Below are positions 30,083 through 40,053 of a stretch of DNA of 55,544 bases, piece by piece. Each line of letters begins with the position of its first letter. Positions within the stretch are counted from its first letter, which is position 1. A program made the position numbers and the translations under genes. The stretch comes from Candidatus Yanofskybacteria bacterium (lineage in GTDB: Bacteria > Patescibacteriota > Minisyncoccia > 2-02-FULL-40-12 > GWA2-44-9), in NCBI GenBank assembly GCA_023245235.1, contig JAHFKT010000003.1:1-55544 (forward strand), written 5' to 3'. Below the pieces are notes generated by a model. It ran no database searches and was not told where the DNA came from. It saw only the letters and a program-made list of their open reading frames with translations.

Positions 30083-31297
30083 CTAACTGCCACCCACTAA
30101 GCTGTAGATCGGCAGCAGGATACTTGATACCAGAATGGCCACCCCTGCCCCCAGGATCAGCACGAGGACCGGCTCGATCAATGTGGTGATGCTATTAATG
30201 GCGCTCTCAGATTCGGCCTTATAGTATTTGGAGATATGCTCAAGCATATAATCGAGCTTGCCGGTCCGTTCCCCTATCGAAACCATCGAGGTGAACAACG
30301 GGGGCATTTCCTGATGTCGCGCCATAACCTCCGAGATGCTGCCGCCGCTCCGCACATTATCCTCGGCCGCGAGCAGGATCTGATGGTAATTTTCATTTCC
30401 GACCAGTTCGGCCGATATATGCAGGGCATCCAGGATGGGGATACTCGATTTGATCAAAGTGGAAAGACTTTCAGAGATACGGGCCAAATATAAATTCCTG
30501 ACCACGATTCCTACCGAAGGAGCCTTGATCATGGCGTTATCGAGCCAAATCTTGCCGTTCGGCGAACGGATGAATCTGACCGCAATAACGATCCCGCCGA
30601 TCACCAGCGCGAGAATATAGTAAAGGTAAGCGTTGAAAAAATTGGTCGTGACGATAAGCATTCTCGTCGTGATCGGCAGATCCGCATAGGCGATGCCGGA
30701 GTCTTTGAACACCGACAATAGCTGCGGCAGTACGTAGATGGTCATGATGAAGGTGACCACGACCATTGCTGAAATAACAAAGGCCGGATAGACCAATGCC
30801 CCCGTGATCTTTGAGGTGATGCCCTGGCTTCGCTCAAGATAATCCGCCAGGTACATCAATGAGCTCTGGAGTTTGCCGGAAACTTCGCCGGCCTGGACCA
30901 GCTTGATGTAGAACGATCCGAACATCTGGGGATGGGCGGCCAGAGCCGCCGACAGCGATGAACCGCCCTCGACCGCAGAAGCCACCTCGATGAGGATCTT
31001 TCTCAGGGCCGCCTTCTCGACCTGCTGGCCAAGGGTGCGCAGCCCTTCGGCCAGGGGCATGTCGGCTTCGATGAGCGTTGACAGCTGGCGTGTGAATACG
31101 ACGATATCTTTTGTACTGACGCGCGAGAATGCCTGATTAATATCAACCGAGAACAGGTCCTTTTTGATGATCGTAAGCGAAAGGACTACGAAACCCTTGT
31201 CGTGGAGGATAGATACCGCCGAGTTCTCATTGGGGGCATCAATCGTGCCCTCGCTGATCTCGCCCGCCTGATTTTTTGCTTGATAATTGAATTCCAT
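30083..31297 (-). CDS. pilC: Type IV pilus platform protein (GspF family)
   Basis: FTRQLSTLI, GEVSGKL, ALVYP, GERTGKLD, LIEP. Confidence 0.93.
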   Translation of the reverse strand: MEFNYQAKNQAGEISEGTIDAPNENSAVSILHDKGFVVLSLTIIKKDLFSVDINQAFSRVSTKDIVVFTRQLSTLIEADMPLAEGLRTLGQQVEKAALRKILIEVASAVEGGSSLSAALAAHPQMFGSFYIKLVQAGEVSGKLQSSLMYLADYLERSQGITSKITGALVYPAFVISAMVVVTFIMTIYVLPQLLSVFKDSGIAYADLPITTRMLIVTTNFFNAYLYYILALVIGGIVIAVRFIRSPNGKIWLDNAMIKAPSVGIVVRNLYLARISESLSTLIKSSIPILDALHISAELVGNENYHQILLAAEDNVRSGGSISEVMARHQEMPPLFTSMVSIGERTGKLDYMLEHISKYYKAESESAINSITTLIEPVLVLILGAGVAILVSSILLPIYSLVGGS

Positions 31298-32358
31298 CAG
31301 TAGTTACGTAAGCTTTGAGGATTTGCAGAGTAGAACTCAGCCCGCTCGATGCTGATCTCCTTTCGGCGTACCAGGTCAGCCAGAGATCTGTCCAGGGAGA
31401 TCATACCGATATCCTGTCCGGTCTCGATCACCAGATCCAGCTGTCGGGGCCGGTTATCACGGATCAATGTTCGTACAGCGGCCGTGGCGATCATGACCTC
31501 AACCGCGGGAACGAGACCTCCCTGTATACGCGGAATGAGACGCTGGGATATTACCCCGGAGATAGTATTGGCCAGTTGATTTCTGATCTGGGACTGCTGG
31601 GTCGGCGGGAAACTGTCGATAATGCGCTCGATGGTCTGGGCCGCACTATTGGTATGAAGCGATGCGAATACGAGGTGGCCGGTTTCTGCAGCCGACACCG
31701 CCGCGCTCATCGTCTCGTAATCGCGCAGTTCCCCTATCATGAGCACATTCACATTCTCGCGGAACGCGGAACGGAGGGCTTTATTGAATGACAGGGTGTC
31801 CTGATAGACTTCGCGCTGGTCGATGATGCTTTTTTCCGGCGAGAACAGATATTCGATCGGGTCCTCGATAGTGATGATCTTCTCTCCCCGCTCACGGTTG
31901 ATAAGATCTACGAGCGCCGCCAATGTCGTTGACTTACCGTGGCCGTTCGGGCCGACCACCAATACGAATCCCTGGGACAGCTTCGTAAATATCTTCAGGA
32001 TCGGAGGCAAGTTCAGCTCCTCCAGATTTCTGACCTTATCGGGAATGAGGCGAAGGGTGGCCGCATAACCGCTTTTGGTCTGATAAGTATTCACACGAAA
32101 ACGGTTGCCACCTGCGGTCTCTATTGAAAAATCCACTTCTTTTTCGGAAAGAAAACGGGCTTTGCGCTCTTCTCCCAGGATTGCGAAAATTAATCCTTCG
32201 AGGGACTCTTTACTGAGGATCTCCTCATTGGTCAGCGCTATCAGCCTGCCGTCAACGCGGAGGGTCGGATAGTTCCCCGGTGAAAGATGAAGATCCGAAG
32301 CAGAGTTCTGTGCCGCCGTTGCGAGCAGTTGGTCCAAGTATCTTTTGGGATCGTCCAT
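31297..32358 (-). CDS. pilT: Type IV pilus retraction ATPase
   Basis: ASDLHL, GPNGHGKSTT, TIEDPIE, AETGHLVFASLHT, LIRD (AIRNLIRE-like). Confidence 0.93.
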   Translation of the reverse strand: MDDPKRYLDQLLATAAQNSASDLHLSPGNYPTLRVDGRLIALTNEEILSKESLEGLIFAILGEERKARFLSEKEVDFSIETAGGNRFRVNTYQTKSGYAATLRLIPDKVRNLEELNLPPILKIFTKLSQGFVLVVGPNGHGKSTTLAALVDLINRERGEKIITIEDPIEYLFSPEKSIIDQREVYQDTLSFNKALRSAFRENVNVLMIGELRDYETMSAAVSAAETGHLVFASLHTNSAAQTIERIIDSFPPTQQSQIRNQLANTISGVISQRLIPRIQGGLVPAVEVMIATAAVRTLIRDNRPRQLDLVIETGQDIGMISLDRSLADLVRRKEISIERAEFYSANPQSLRNY

Positions 32359-32362
32359 AGAT

Positions 32363-34120
32363 TTATGCGCTATCTCCCGCTTGAGCGACCTCAAGCAGTT
32401 CTTCTAATGATACACCACCACGCAGTACTTTTAAAATTCCATCCTGATACATCGTGATCATTCCCTGGCGCCTTGCTTCGGCGCGCATAGCCGTTTCCGA
32501 GATCGTTCCCAGAATGATCTTTTCGAACTCCGGCGTCATCTCCATCGTTTCAAAGATACCGATCCGGCCCTTGAATGCCTTGCCTCCGCACTCTTTGCAG
32601 GGATTCTCGAGGTTGGGTTTGTAAATAGTATAGCCGTTCTTTGACAGGAGTTCCTTCTGATATGTCGCCGGCATGTCCAGGAGAGCAGTTTCGATGATCT
32701 TCACTTCGGCGGTATTCGCCTTGGTCTCAACTTTGCACGTTTCGCACAGGCGCCGGAGCAATCGTTGGGCCGCAGCGACATTGAGCGTGGAGGGAATAAG
32801 GTATCTTTCAACGTCCATATCGACCAAACGCGGTACGACGCCGATAGCATCATTGGTGTGTAGGGTTGATATGACAACATGGCCGGTCAACGCGGCCTGG
32901 GTCGCCAGTCCCGCGGTCTCCTTGTCGCGAATCTCGCCGACCATGATCACATCAGGGTCTTGCCGTAAAATATGGCGCAACCCGTCAGCGAACGTATAGC
33001 CGATCTCCTCGTGTATTTGCGATTGGTTCACGCCGTCCACAAAGTACTCGATCGGGTCTTCAAGGGTTACGATATTGATGTCTTCGGTGTTCATGCGCTT
33101 CAGCATTCCGGCCAATGTGGTCGATTTACCGGAACCGGTCGGACCGGTCATGAGGATGGAACCGAACGGTTTGGCCATCCCCCGCTCCACAACCTCGAGA
33201 TTACGGCCGTCCAGCCCGAGTTGGGGCAAGTCGATGTTACCGCTCAAGGGATCCAAGATACGCATCACTACCTTCTCGCCGTTCTTGGTCGGGAATGTCG
33301 AAACGCGAAAATCGATCTTCCGGTCATTGAGCCGGGTGGAAAAACGTCCGTCTTGAGCCAGCCGTGTCTCGTCTATCTTCAGGTCCGAAAGGATCTTAAT
33401 GCGGGTTACGACCGCGGAATGCAGGTCTTTGGGAAGCGTCAGGGCCGTGGTCAGGACGCCATCGATACGAAATCTTGTGCGCACCCGGTCCTCGAACGGC
33501 TCGATGTGGATATCGGATGCCCGCGAATCTACGGCATGGCGGATGATGACCGCGACGATCCTGGTAACCGGGGCTTCGGCAGTGATCTCCTCAAGGCTCT
33601 GGCCCGGAGCCGCCTTTACCTCCCTTTTTCCTATTTCTTCACCCAGTGATTTAAGGGCTTTGCCGACTTCGCCGGACAGGGTGCTGTAATTCTTCGTGAT
33701 AGAGTCGTAGTCCTTATAGGTGAGAACGTACTTTTCAAGCTTCAGGCTCTTACCGGAGGCGATGAATTTCAGTGCCTCAAGGGCTTCAACATCTTCGGGG
33801 TTTATCATGCCCACCTTGAGCGTGTCCTCAGTTTTTGCGAACGGTGTGACCTTGTAGAAGTTCATCACGTCCTGCGAGATCTCCCGCAGAACTTCCCGGT
33901 CAAGGTCGATATCAGCCAAGTGGAAGACCGGCAGACGGTATAGTTTCGATTTGAGCTCTGTCAGATCCTCATCAGAAATGATCCCCTGCTCGATCAGAAC
34001 CTGGCCGAGATCCTTATTCTCCGCTTTAACGGTCTCCTGGAGGGAGGCGAGCTGCTCCTCGGTTATATAGTTGCTCTTGATCAGCTCCTGAACGAGGGTT
34101 GTCGGAATTTGTTGAGGCAT
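32363..34120 (-). CDS. pilB: Type IV pilus assembly ATPase (GspE family)
   Basis: ASDIHIEP, GPTGSGKSTT, LRQDPDVIMVGEIRD, Cys4 motif. Confidence 0.95.
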   Translation of the reverse strand: MPQQIPTTLVQELIKSNYITEEQLASLQETVKAENKDLGQVLIEQGIISDEDLTELKSKLYRLPVFHLADIDLDREVLREISQDVMNFYKVTPFAKTEDTLKVGMINPEDVEALEALKFIASGKSLKLEKYVLTYKDYDSITKNYSTLSGEVGKALKSLGEEIGKREVKAAPGQSLEEITAEAPVTRIVAVIIRHAVDSRASDIHIEPFEDRVRTRFRIDGVLTTALTLPKDLHSAVVTRIKILSDLKIDETRLAQDGRFSTRLNDRKIDFRVSTFPTKNGEKVVMRILDPLSGNIDLPQLGLDGRNLEVVERGMAKPFGSILMTGPTGSGKSTTLAGMLKRMNTEDINIVTLEDPIEYFVDGVNQSQIHEEIGYTFADGLRHILRQDPDVIMVGEIRDKETAGLATQAALTGHVVISTLHTNDAIGVVPRLVDMDVERYLIPSTLNVAAAQRLLRRLCETCKVETKANTAEVKIIETALLDMPATYQKELLSKNGYTIYKPNLENPCKECGGKAFKGRIGIFETMEMTPEFEKIILGTISETAMRAEARRQGMITMYQDGILKVLRGGVSLEELLEVAQAGDSA

Positions 34121-34179
34121 AAATAATGAAAGCACAAGCTTTTCTGTGCTTTGCGGCTATCAGTAAGAATTAAGGATTA

Positions 34180-34455
34180 TTACGGAGCAAAAAGATCTTT
34201 CTTGCCGGTAATCCCCGGATTGACCGGCGCTTCTCCGAATACGCTGAGAGACTTATATACGGTATCGTTGAGAATGGAGAAGTCGAGCTTCAGGTCCTGG
34301 AATGCCCTCAGGTCGTCATTAGCAGCGACCGGTGCCGGCGGCGTGGTCGCTTCGCTCGGTTTGATGGTCTGGGAGTAATAAAGGTATCCGCCGACGATGC
34401 CGACGAGAACAATGAGGAATCCGAATAATTTTGCGTTACTGGTTGGATTGGCCAT
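34180..34455 (-). CDS. Small membrane-anchored pilus accessory protein (PilP position)
   Basis: N-terminal TM helix, C-terminal GKKDLFAP; follows pilO-like gene. Confidence 0.65.
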   Translation of the reverse strand: MANPTSNAKLFGFLIVLVGIVGGYLYYSQTIKPSEATTPPAPVAANDDLRAFQDLKLDFSILNDTVYKSLSVFGEAPVNPGITGKKDLFAP

Positions 34456-34982
34456 TATTTTAAGAAATAAGCATTTGCTCTGATATGAAAGCTGATCACG
34501 GTGTCGCTTCCGCCTACCGGGGCGGCATCAAGGGTCAGGATGTCGATGATACGGATATTACGGTTCAAGGCGGACAAGAACGAGCGGAATGCCGGATAGG
34601 AGCCGGAGACGTTCATATCCATGATCTGGTTGTAATAGGGCGCAGAGGTCTGGGACTGGCCTCCGGGCATATTCAGCGTGTTCAATACCACTCCATTCTG
34701 GCTGGCAAGCGCTTGAAGGGCTGAAACCAGTTCGGCCGCACTTCGCTTGGCGGGCAGCACATTCGAGAACCGCTGGAGATCTGCCGCCCGGTCGGCGAGC
34801 TGCTTTGAGAGGGCGTTGATCTTGGCGATGGTTGCGGCACGGTTCACCAGAATGGCACTGCGGTCGGCTAAAGCCGCGCGCATATCCGCGATCTCATCGT
34901 AGGTCGGCACGGCCAAGACCCAGAATAGCAGTCCGGCCAGAGCAACCAATATTGTTCCGAAATATATTTTGGCCTGGTTCAT
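34455..34982 (-). CDS. pilO: PilO-like alignment protein
   Basis: TM + coiled coil, LP...L, GSY..FRSFL..L..NIRIIDI. Confidence 0.8.
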   Translation of the reverse strand: MNQAKIYFGTILVALAGLLFWVLAVPTYDEIADMRAALADRSAILVNRAATIAKINALSKQLADRAADLQRFSNVLPAKRSAAELVSALQALASQNGVVLNTLNMPGGQSQTSAPYYNQIMDMNVSGSYPAFRSFLSALNRNIRIIDILTLDAAPVGGSDTVISFHIRANAYFLK

Positions 34983-35539
34983 TGGGAATTTTTGACGAAC
35001 TTCGCCGGATCAAAAGTTATTTTTGCACTGAAATCAAGCTTGCCGCTGGTCAGTGAGGTTACGCTGTCGAGACTGATGTCTTTCACGGCATCGTCGGCAA
35101 CATATGCTGCGATCTGCTGAGCGATCGTCGCATAGTTATCGGTCCAGGCGTGGATATGGAAACTTCCGTCACTGACGATGCCGGAGAAGGACTTGAACTG
35201 TACATTGGATTTCGTTGCCGCTTCGATCTTCGACAGACCGATCGACCAGTCCGTGTGGTTCCTTAGTATCTGAGAAGTGGTCGCGACTTGCTTTGAAACC
35301 GTCAGAAGGGCCGCTTCGGATTTTTTGTTGCGCTGTTTCTCCAGAGCCGCCAGCTGATTGTCGGCATCGCTGATACTGACCTGAAGGCTGCTTCGGTACA
35401 TATAGAGACCGGCATATGCAAGCAAAACCAGCACCAGTAGGGCGCTTCCGATATAGACCATCCTATTTTCTCCCGGGACTTTAACCTCTATCCTCTTGCG
35501 GGTCTCCGGAAGGAGTTGTAATCCCCCTTTGTCTGCCAT
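34979..35539 (-). CDS. PilN-like alignment protein
   Basis: LQLLPE N-terminus, TM helix, coiled coil; upstream of pilO. Confidence 0.7.
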   Translation of the reverse strand: MADKGGLQLLPETRKRIEVKVPGENRMVYIGSALLVLVLLAYAGLYMYRSSLQVSISDADNQLAALEKQRNKKSEAALLTVSKQVATTSQILRNHTDWSIGLSKIEAATKSNVQFKSFSGIVSDGSFHIHAWTDNYATIAQQIAAYVADDAVKDISLDSVTSLTSGKLDFSAKITFDPAKFVKNSQ

Positions 35540-35621
35540 CAGGAATTAAATAAAGATTACTCCTCCATTATATCTCAACCAGACGACTCGGCCATCATTT
35601 GTTATCAACATTGATATTATC

Positions 35622-36395
35622 TTAACTGACCGGAGGGCCGCTCAGTGGTTCTTGAGGCCCGGCCGGCGGAGCAGCGGGCGGCATCCCGCCGCTGTTCTTC
35701 TTGTGGCGCATAAAGAGCCACAGGACGAGCACAATGACCGCAAGAATTAACAACCCAAGCATCAGATAGACGGATAGATTACCGGTCGAACTCGTGCTTC
35801 CCGCATAGGGCTGGATACCGGGACCCCCGGTATTTAAGGGACTGGCTGAAAGTTGTGCCGGGGAACCAGCCACCTGACCACAGGCGTATTCAGCTGCGCC
35901 TACAAGAGCCGCCACCGTCAGCTTCGCTTCAGAGGACGCCGCGATCAAAAAGAAATATGTCCCCTTCTGGGCAAATATGCTCACGCTGCCGTTGTCTTGT
36001 TTCACAGAATAGTACCGGTCGCATTGAACCCCCGTTGATATAGATGATGCACCGGGATAACTTTTCTGTATCCCGTTAAAACCATTTGTGAAGATCAGGT
36101 CAGCGGCTGATCGGTCTACGTAACTATCCATATTTCCGGTGACATCCGCATACGGCGTGGTGCTTCCATGGAATACGCACATTCCCGCAGAGGCCGAACT
36201 GCTTCCGGAGAAAACACCCGTAGCGTATACGGGTTGTCCCAGGAGCTGCTCCATCTGTCCGGCGGGATAATATTTCAATACTTCTGCCGGACAAGGAGGA
36301 AGCACCGGCGTTGTGGGAGCGGTTGCAGCCAGCCCTATTGAGGGCAAGGCCAAAGCAAGCAACAACAGTAAAGTCTGAAAAGAATTTTTCCTCAT
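35622..36395 (-). CDS. Secreted protein with C-terminal membrane anchor and Pro-rich tail
   Basis: Start at MRKNSFQ; signal peptide, four Cys, C-terminal TM helix then HKK. Confidence 0.7.
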   Translation of the reverse strand: MRKNSFQTLLLLLALALPSIGLAATAPTTPVLPPCPAEVLKYYPAGQMEQLLGQPVYATGVFSGSSSASAGMCVFHGSTTPYADVTGNMDSYVDRSAADLIFTNGFNGIQKSYPGASSISTGVQCDRYYSVKQDNGSVSIFAQKGTYFFLIAASSEAKLTVAALVGAAEYACGQVAGSPAQLSASPLNTGGPGIQPYAGSTSSTGNLSVYLMLGLLILAVIVLVLWLFMRHKKNSGGMPPAAPPAGPQEPLSGPPVS

Positions 36396-36426
36396 GAAGC
36401 GGTGAGTTGTGCGGGAGATGACTATT

Positions 36427-36837
36427 TCAGAAAGTAAACTTACTGCCCAGTCCTCCGATAAGAGGAAGAGGGGCCATCTTACCGGTGGCTGCATTCACTA
36501 AACCCAGGATATCAATAATAAAGAGACCCAAAGATACGAGAGAGAAGAGCAAGGTCAAGAATCCGAGACCAAGTGTGGCAAGAATAATTCCGAGCGTAGA
36601 AGCCACGAAACCCCAGATGATGGCCACGATAATAAGGGCCAATCCCTGCTTGATGTGGAACTTAACGAACGGATCCTTCGATGCCCCGGTCAAGAACGGT
36701 ACAATAATAAGAATGCCCAGGTATGCCAAGACGGCCATTACTTTATTGCCCGAGAGATCTATCTGGCCCGCCGGCGGGGCTGAGGGTGCTACTGGTGTTG
36801 TCGGAGCCGCCTGTGGAGCTTGCATTTCTTCCGCCAT
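36427..36837 (-). CDS. DUF4870-like membrane protein
   Basis: MAVLAYLGIL, DPFVKFHIKQGL, PLPLIG. Confidence 0.8.
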   Translation of the reverse strand: MAEEMQAPQAAPTTPVAPSAPPAGQIDLSGNKVMAVLAYLGILIIVPFLTGASKDPFVKFHIKQGLALIIVAIIWGFVASTLGIILATLGLGFLTLLFSLVSLGLFIIDILGLVNAATGKMAPLPLIGGLGSKFTF

Positions 36838-36907
36838 AATTTTGAGCCCCACTCGCTCCCCTTTTCGGACGGAAAGCGATTAAGAGCGATTAATGACCGC
36901 GTAGTTA

Positions 36908-37960
36908 CTAGATGTCCCGCATCGCCAAACCGGCTGCGACTGCGAAGGTGCTTGAAAGTTCCTGGATAACCGGCTGAAGTCCCGGTGGGTACGTTACCCG
37001 GGCAAACGCATTGCCGAGAAAAACATCGCGTCCGAGCTTTTCCTTAAAATAGTTCAGGAAGTTCGGCATATTGACCATACCGCCGACAAGCAACACCCGG
37101 GCCACCTGCTTATTTTTAGATTGTTCGTAGGATGAGATGGTCTTTTTCGTTTCGAACGCCATCATGTCGATCAACGAAAGCATGGCCTGGTTGATGATGT
37201 TCTCGTCCAGGTCCTTTAGTCCAAGGCGTTTCTTAAGGTCATCGGCCTTCTCAAGGCTCACGTTCAGTGAGCGGGCGATGGATTTTGTGATCTCAAAGCC
37301 GCCCACTTCGTAGTTGTGCGATAGCCGCTCGTACCCTTTATCGACAATCAGGATCGAAGTGCTGCGCCCGCCGATATTGATCACTGCCGTTGTAGAGAGG
37401 TCATTACCCAAGAGTCCTCGTATCAATGCCGAGTTCTCAAGTTCAAGTGCTTTGAGGTTCAGTCCCGCGCCGCTCATGATGCCCTGATAACGTACGGTTT
37501 CGTCTTTCGGAACCGCGGCCAGGAACACCTCCACGGTCGGTTTCGGTCCGGTGCCTGTGATTCCGATGATGGACCAGTCCAGGATGACCTCGTCCAGCGG
37601 TATCGGCACGTACTTCCGGGCTTCGAAGGGAATCGCCTTCGCCAGCTCTTGCTCCGAGAGATACGGAAGTTCGATGACAGTGGCGAATGTCGAGAAGGAA
37701 GGGATCGAAGCAATGACGTCCTTGGCGTTAATCTTCGAGCTCTTCAGAACTTCCTTGATGCCCCAGATTATCTCTTCATCGGGCAGCTTGAGGATGCTTT
37801 GGTCGACCGAAGTTGGAATTTTGACGTTCTTAAGCTCAAAGATACCGTAGTTATCGAGGACAAAACGGCCGCTCTTCTTCTCGAGCTCTACGATCTTGAT
37901 TGATGCCGTTCCGATATCGATACCGAGTTTGCTTTTTGGAGCGAAAAGATTCAATGCCAT
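36908..37960 (-). CDS. pilM: Type IV pilus assembly protein PilM
   Basis: LGIDIGTASIKIVEL, EARKYVP, VLLVGG, AVAAGLAMR. Confidence 0.93.
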   Translation of the reverse strand: MALNLFAPKSKLGIDIGTASIKIVELEKKSGRFVLDNYGIFELKNVKIPTSVDQSILKLPDEEIIWGIKEVLKSSKINAKDVIASIPSFSTFATVIELPYLSEQELAKAIPFEARKYVPIPLDEVILDWSIIGITGTGPKPTVEVFLAAVPKDETVRYQGIMSGAGLNLKALELENSALIRGLLGNDLSTTAVINIGGRSTSILIVDKGYERLSHNYEVGGFEITKSIARSLNVSLEKADDLKKRLGLKDLDENIINQAMLSLIDMMAFETKKTISSYEQSKNKQVARVLLVGGMVNMPNFLNYFKEKLGRDVFLGNAFARVTYPPGLQPVIQELSSTFAVAAGLAMRDI

Positions 37961-38025
37961 GATCCGAACTAGTTATTGACCCGACACATTAATTTAAGTA
38001 TAGCATAAGCAATATTATTCAATAT

Positions 38026-38748
38026 ATGGCTTATCCCCACACAATCTTCGGATGGTTTCTGGAGCTGTTATTCCCCTACCGGTGCCTGTCGTGCAGGCGG
38101 TACCTGGACCGGGAGTATATCTGTCGGCCCTGTTTTAACCGGTTGCCGATAAAGGGGCAGGGTGAATGCGTCGGCTGCAGCCGTCCATCGCCCGATGGCA
38201 TGACATGCATCTTATGCAAAGACGGGTATCAGCTTGACCAGCTTATGGTCGTGAGCGATTTTAACGATCCGGCCGTCGCAATGCTCATCAGGAGAATGAA
38301 ATACGGGTTCATCCGGGACCTTGTGGAACCGCTCCATAGGCTCTCCCGAAAATATCTGTTGTACCGTGCAAAGAAAGGCCGCTCGTTCATTCAGGATAAT
38401 CCCCTGCTCGTTCCGGTACCGCTCCACATAGTAAGGGAGCAATGGCGGGGGTTCAATCAGGCGGCTCTTTTGGGAGAAAGCATTGCCGGCACGTATCAAC
38501 TTGAACTTGTCCACGCACTCGAATGTACTCGGCACAAAACCCATCAGGCCGAAATTCTTGAACGTAACCGGCGTATCGAGAATGTCCGCGGGTTGTATCA
38601 ATGTATCGACCCGAATTTGATAAGAGGAAGAAAAGTCATGCTCATTGACGATGTATGCACCACCGGAGCCACCCTCAATGAATGTGCGGCAGTCCTGAAA
38701 GCCTCGGGAGCATGCTCCGTCAGCGCACTGGTGATCGCCAGAGGTTAG
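38026..38748 (+). CDS. comF: ComF family competence protein
   Basis: Double Zn ribbon, VPVPLH..R...RGFNQ, LIDDVCTTGATL. Confidence 0.92.
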   Translation: MAYPHTIFGWFLELLFPYRCLSCRRYLDREYICRPCFNRLPIKGQGECVGCSRPSPDGMTCILCKDGYQLDQLMVVSDFNDPAVAMLIRRMKYGFIRDLVEPLHRLSRKYLLYRAKKGRSFIQDNPLLVPVPLHIVREQWRGFNQAALLGESIAGTYQLELVHALECTRHKTHQAEILERNRRIENVRGLYQCIDPNLIRGRKVMLIDDVCTTGATLNECAAVLKASGACSVSALVIARG

Positions 38749-38759
38749 GAGATCGTTTT

Positions 38760-39335
38760 TCAGGATAGTACGTAACCTGAGAGGAGAATTGCAATCAGGC
38801 TCAGTGCAATGGCGAGATCGGTTGAATGAGCATTCCACCAGGAGACGGCCGTCAGGTCATTGAAAACCGATGTTTCTGAATATGGGCCGGAGTCATTAAC
38901 GGCGTCATCCGATTGAGATTTATTCGGATCCTGATCCCACGATACTACCGTGCCGTCCTGGTAGATCTGGTACGCCCTCCATTGCAATGTCGTCGGTTGG
39001 GAAGGAACCTGGGCGCCGAACACGAAGTCATCGCGCTCGTCCGGCGGAATGTATCCTCCGGTCCAGTCGATCTCCGAGACGGCATCGCCATTTTTCTTGA
39101 CAGTGATGTGCCAGCCAGGTTTTACGTTCGGCAGAACTTCCTCTAATCCGGAGGGGATCAAAAGGCGCAGTCCGACCGTGGCCACCTCTTTTTCAACCGG
39201 TACGCTCACGCTGAAGATCTGGAATGTCCCGATGCCGGCGGTATTGGGGTGCACGGCCACATGAGCAAACGCAGTTTGAACTGCAGCTGTTATTGCCGCA
39301 AGAATGAGGCAGGAGATTATGAGAATTCGTTTCAT
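38760..39335 (-). CDS. YcnI-like (DUF1775) copper-binding surface protein
   Basis: Signal peptide AFA then H-V-x-V, VPVE, PGW, QIYQDG.VV.W, C-terminal TM. Confidence 0.82.
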   Translation of the reverse strand: MKRILIISCLILAAITAAVQTAFAHVAVHPNTAGIGTFQIFSVSVPVEKEVATVGLRLLIPSGLEEVLPNVKPGWHITVKKNGDAVSEIDWTGGYIPPDERDDFVFGAQVPSQPTTLQWRAYQIYQDGTVVSWDQDPNKSQSDDAVNDSGPYSETSVFNDLTAVSWWNAHSTDLAIALSLIAILLSGYVLS

Positions 39336-39338
39336 GGT

Positions 39339-39860
39339 TTATATTGCTCTGCGTCTAAAATATATCACAGTTAAGCAGACACCTACTGCCAGCGCAACGC
39401 CGCCGGCAGTAGGTGTCTCTATGTAACTGAAAATCGGAGGTCTGGGCGGTTCCCGGTCAACCCGCAGATCATATTGGACTTTGAACGACTGAAATGCCTT
39501 AGCGATTTTTGGGTTTCCCACGACCGCAATGCCGTAAACTGCCGTCTCGGGAAAAGTAAACGGTACATGAAAGGAATATACGCTCAACCCCTCGATGGGC
39601 TGGGGTTGTCCATTGAACAGATCGTGACCCCGGAGCGCGATCGTCACGGTGCAATCGCATCTGGCCAGTGTGAACCCATCGGTATCGTCGGTCACGAAGA
39701 AGAGGAGGTCGGCCGGACGGGTAATGATCGGGTCATCGGCCGGACTTGTGTGGAGCATAATGCTGATCGTGCCGTCAGTTTTAATAATATGTGCCATAGC
39801 CGGCTGAACAAAGCCCGACAGAAGAGCGAGGATCAAAGAAACAAAAATATAGTTCCTCAT
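39339..39860 (-). CDS. Secreted/membrane-anchored protein with predicted N-terminal His
   Basis: Signal peptide AMA-H, LH..P.DDP, CDC, C-terminal TM + RRR. Confidence 0.7.
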   Translation of the reverse strand: MRNYIFVSLILALLSGFVQPAMAHIIKTDGTISIMLHTSPADDPIITRPADLLFFVTDDTDGFTLARCDCTVTIALRGHDLFNGQPQPIEGLSVYSFHVPFTFPETAVYGIAVVGNPKIAKAFQSFKVQYDLRVDREPPRPPIFSYIETPTAGGVALAVGVCLTVIYFRRRAI

Positions 39861-39868
39861 GGTATGGG

Positions 39869-39957
39869 CGGAGGCGGGAGGATTCGAACCTCCGGTCCGG
39901 TTTTACCCGAACACCTCTTTAGCAAAGAGGTACATTAGACCACTCTGACACGCCTCC
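39869..39957 (-). tRNA. tRNA-Ser(GCT), no directly encoded CCA
   Basis: GGAGGCG acceptor, CCTCT-TTGCTAA-AGAGG, long variable arm, G73. Confidence 0.93.
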
Positions 39958-40053
39958 AAATTCAAGCAAATTTTATCATAAAAATCGGCCTCTGGCAATC
40001 GCGAAAGTTCGAGAGAATCCTCCCGTAGTCACCTTTATGCTATACTTTCCGAT

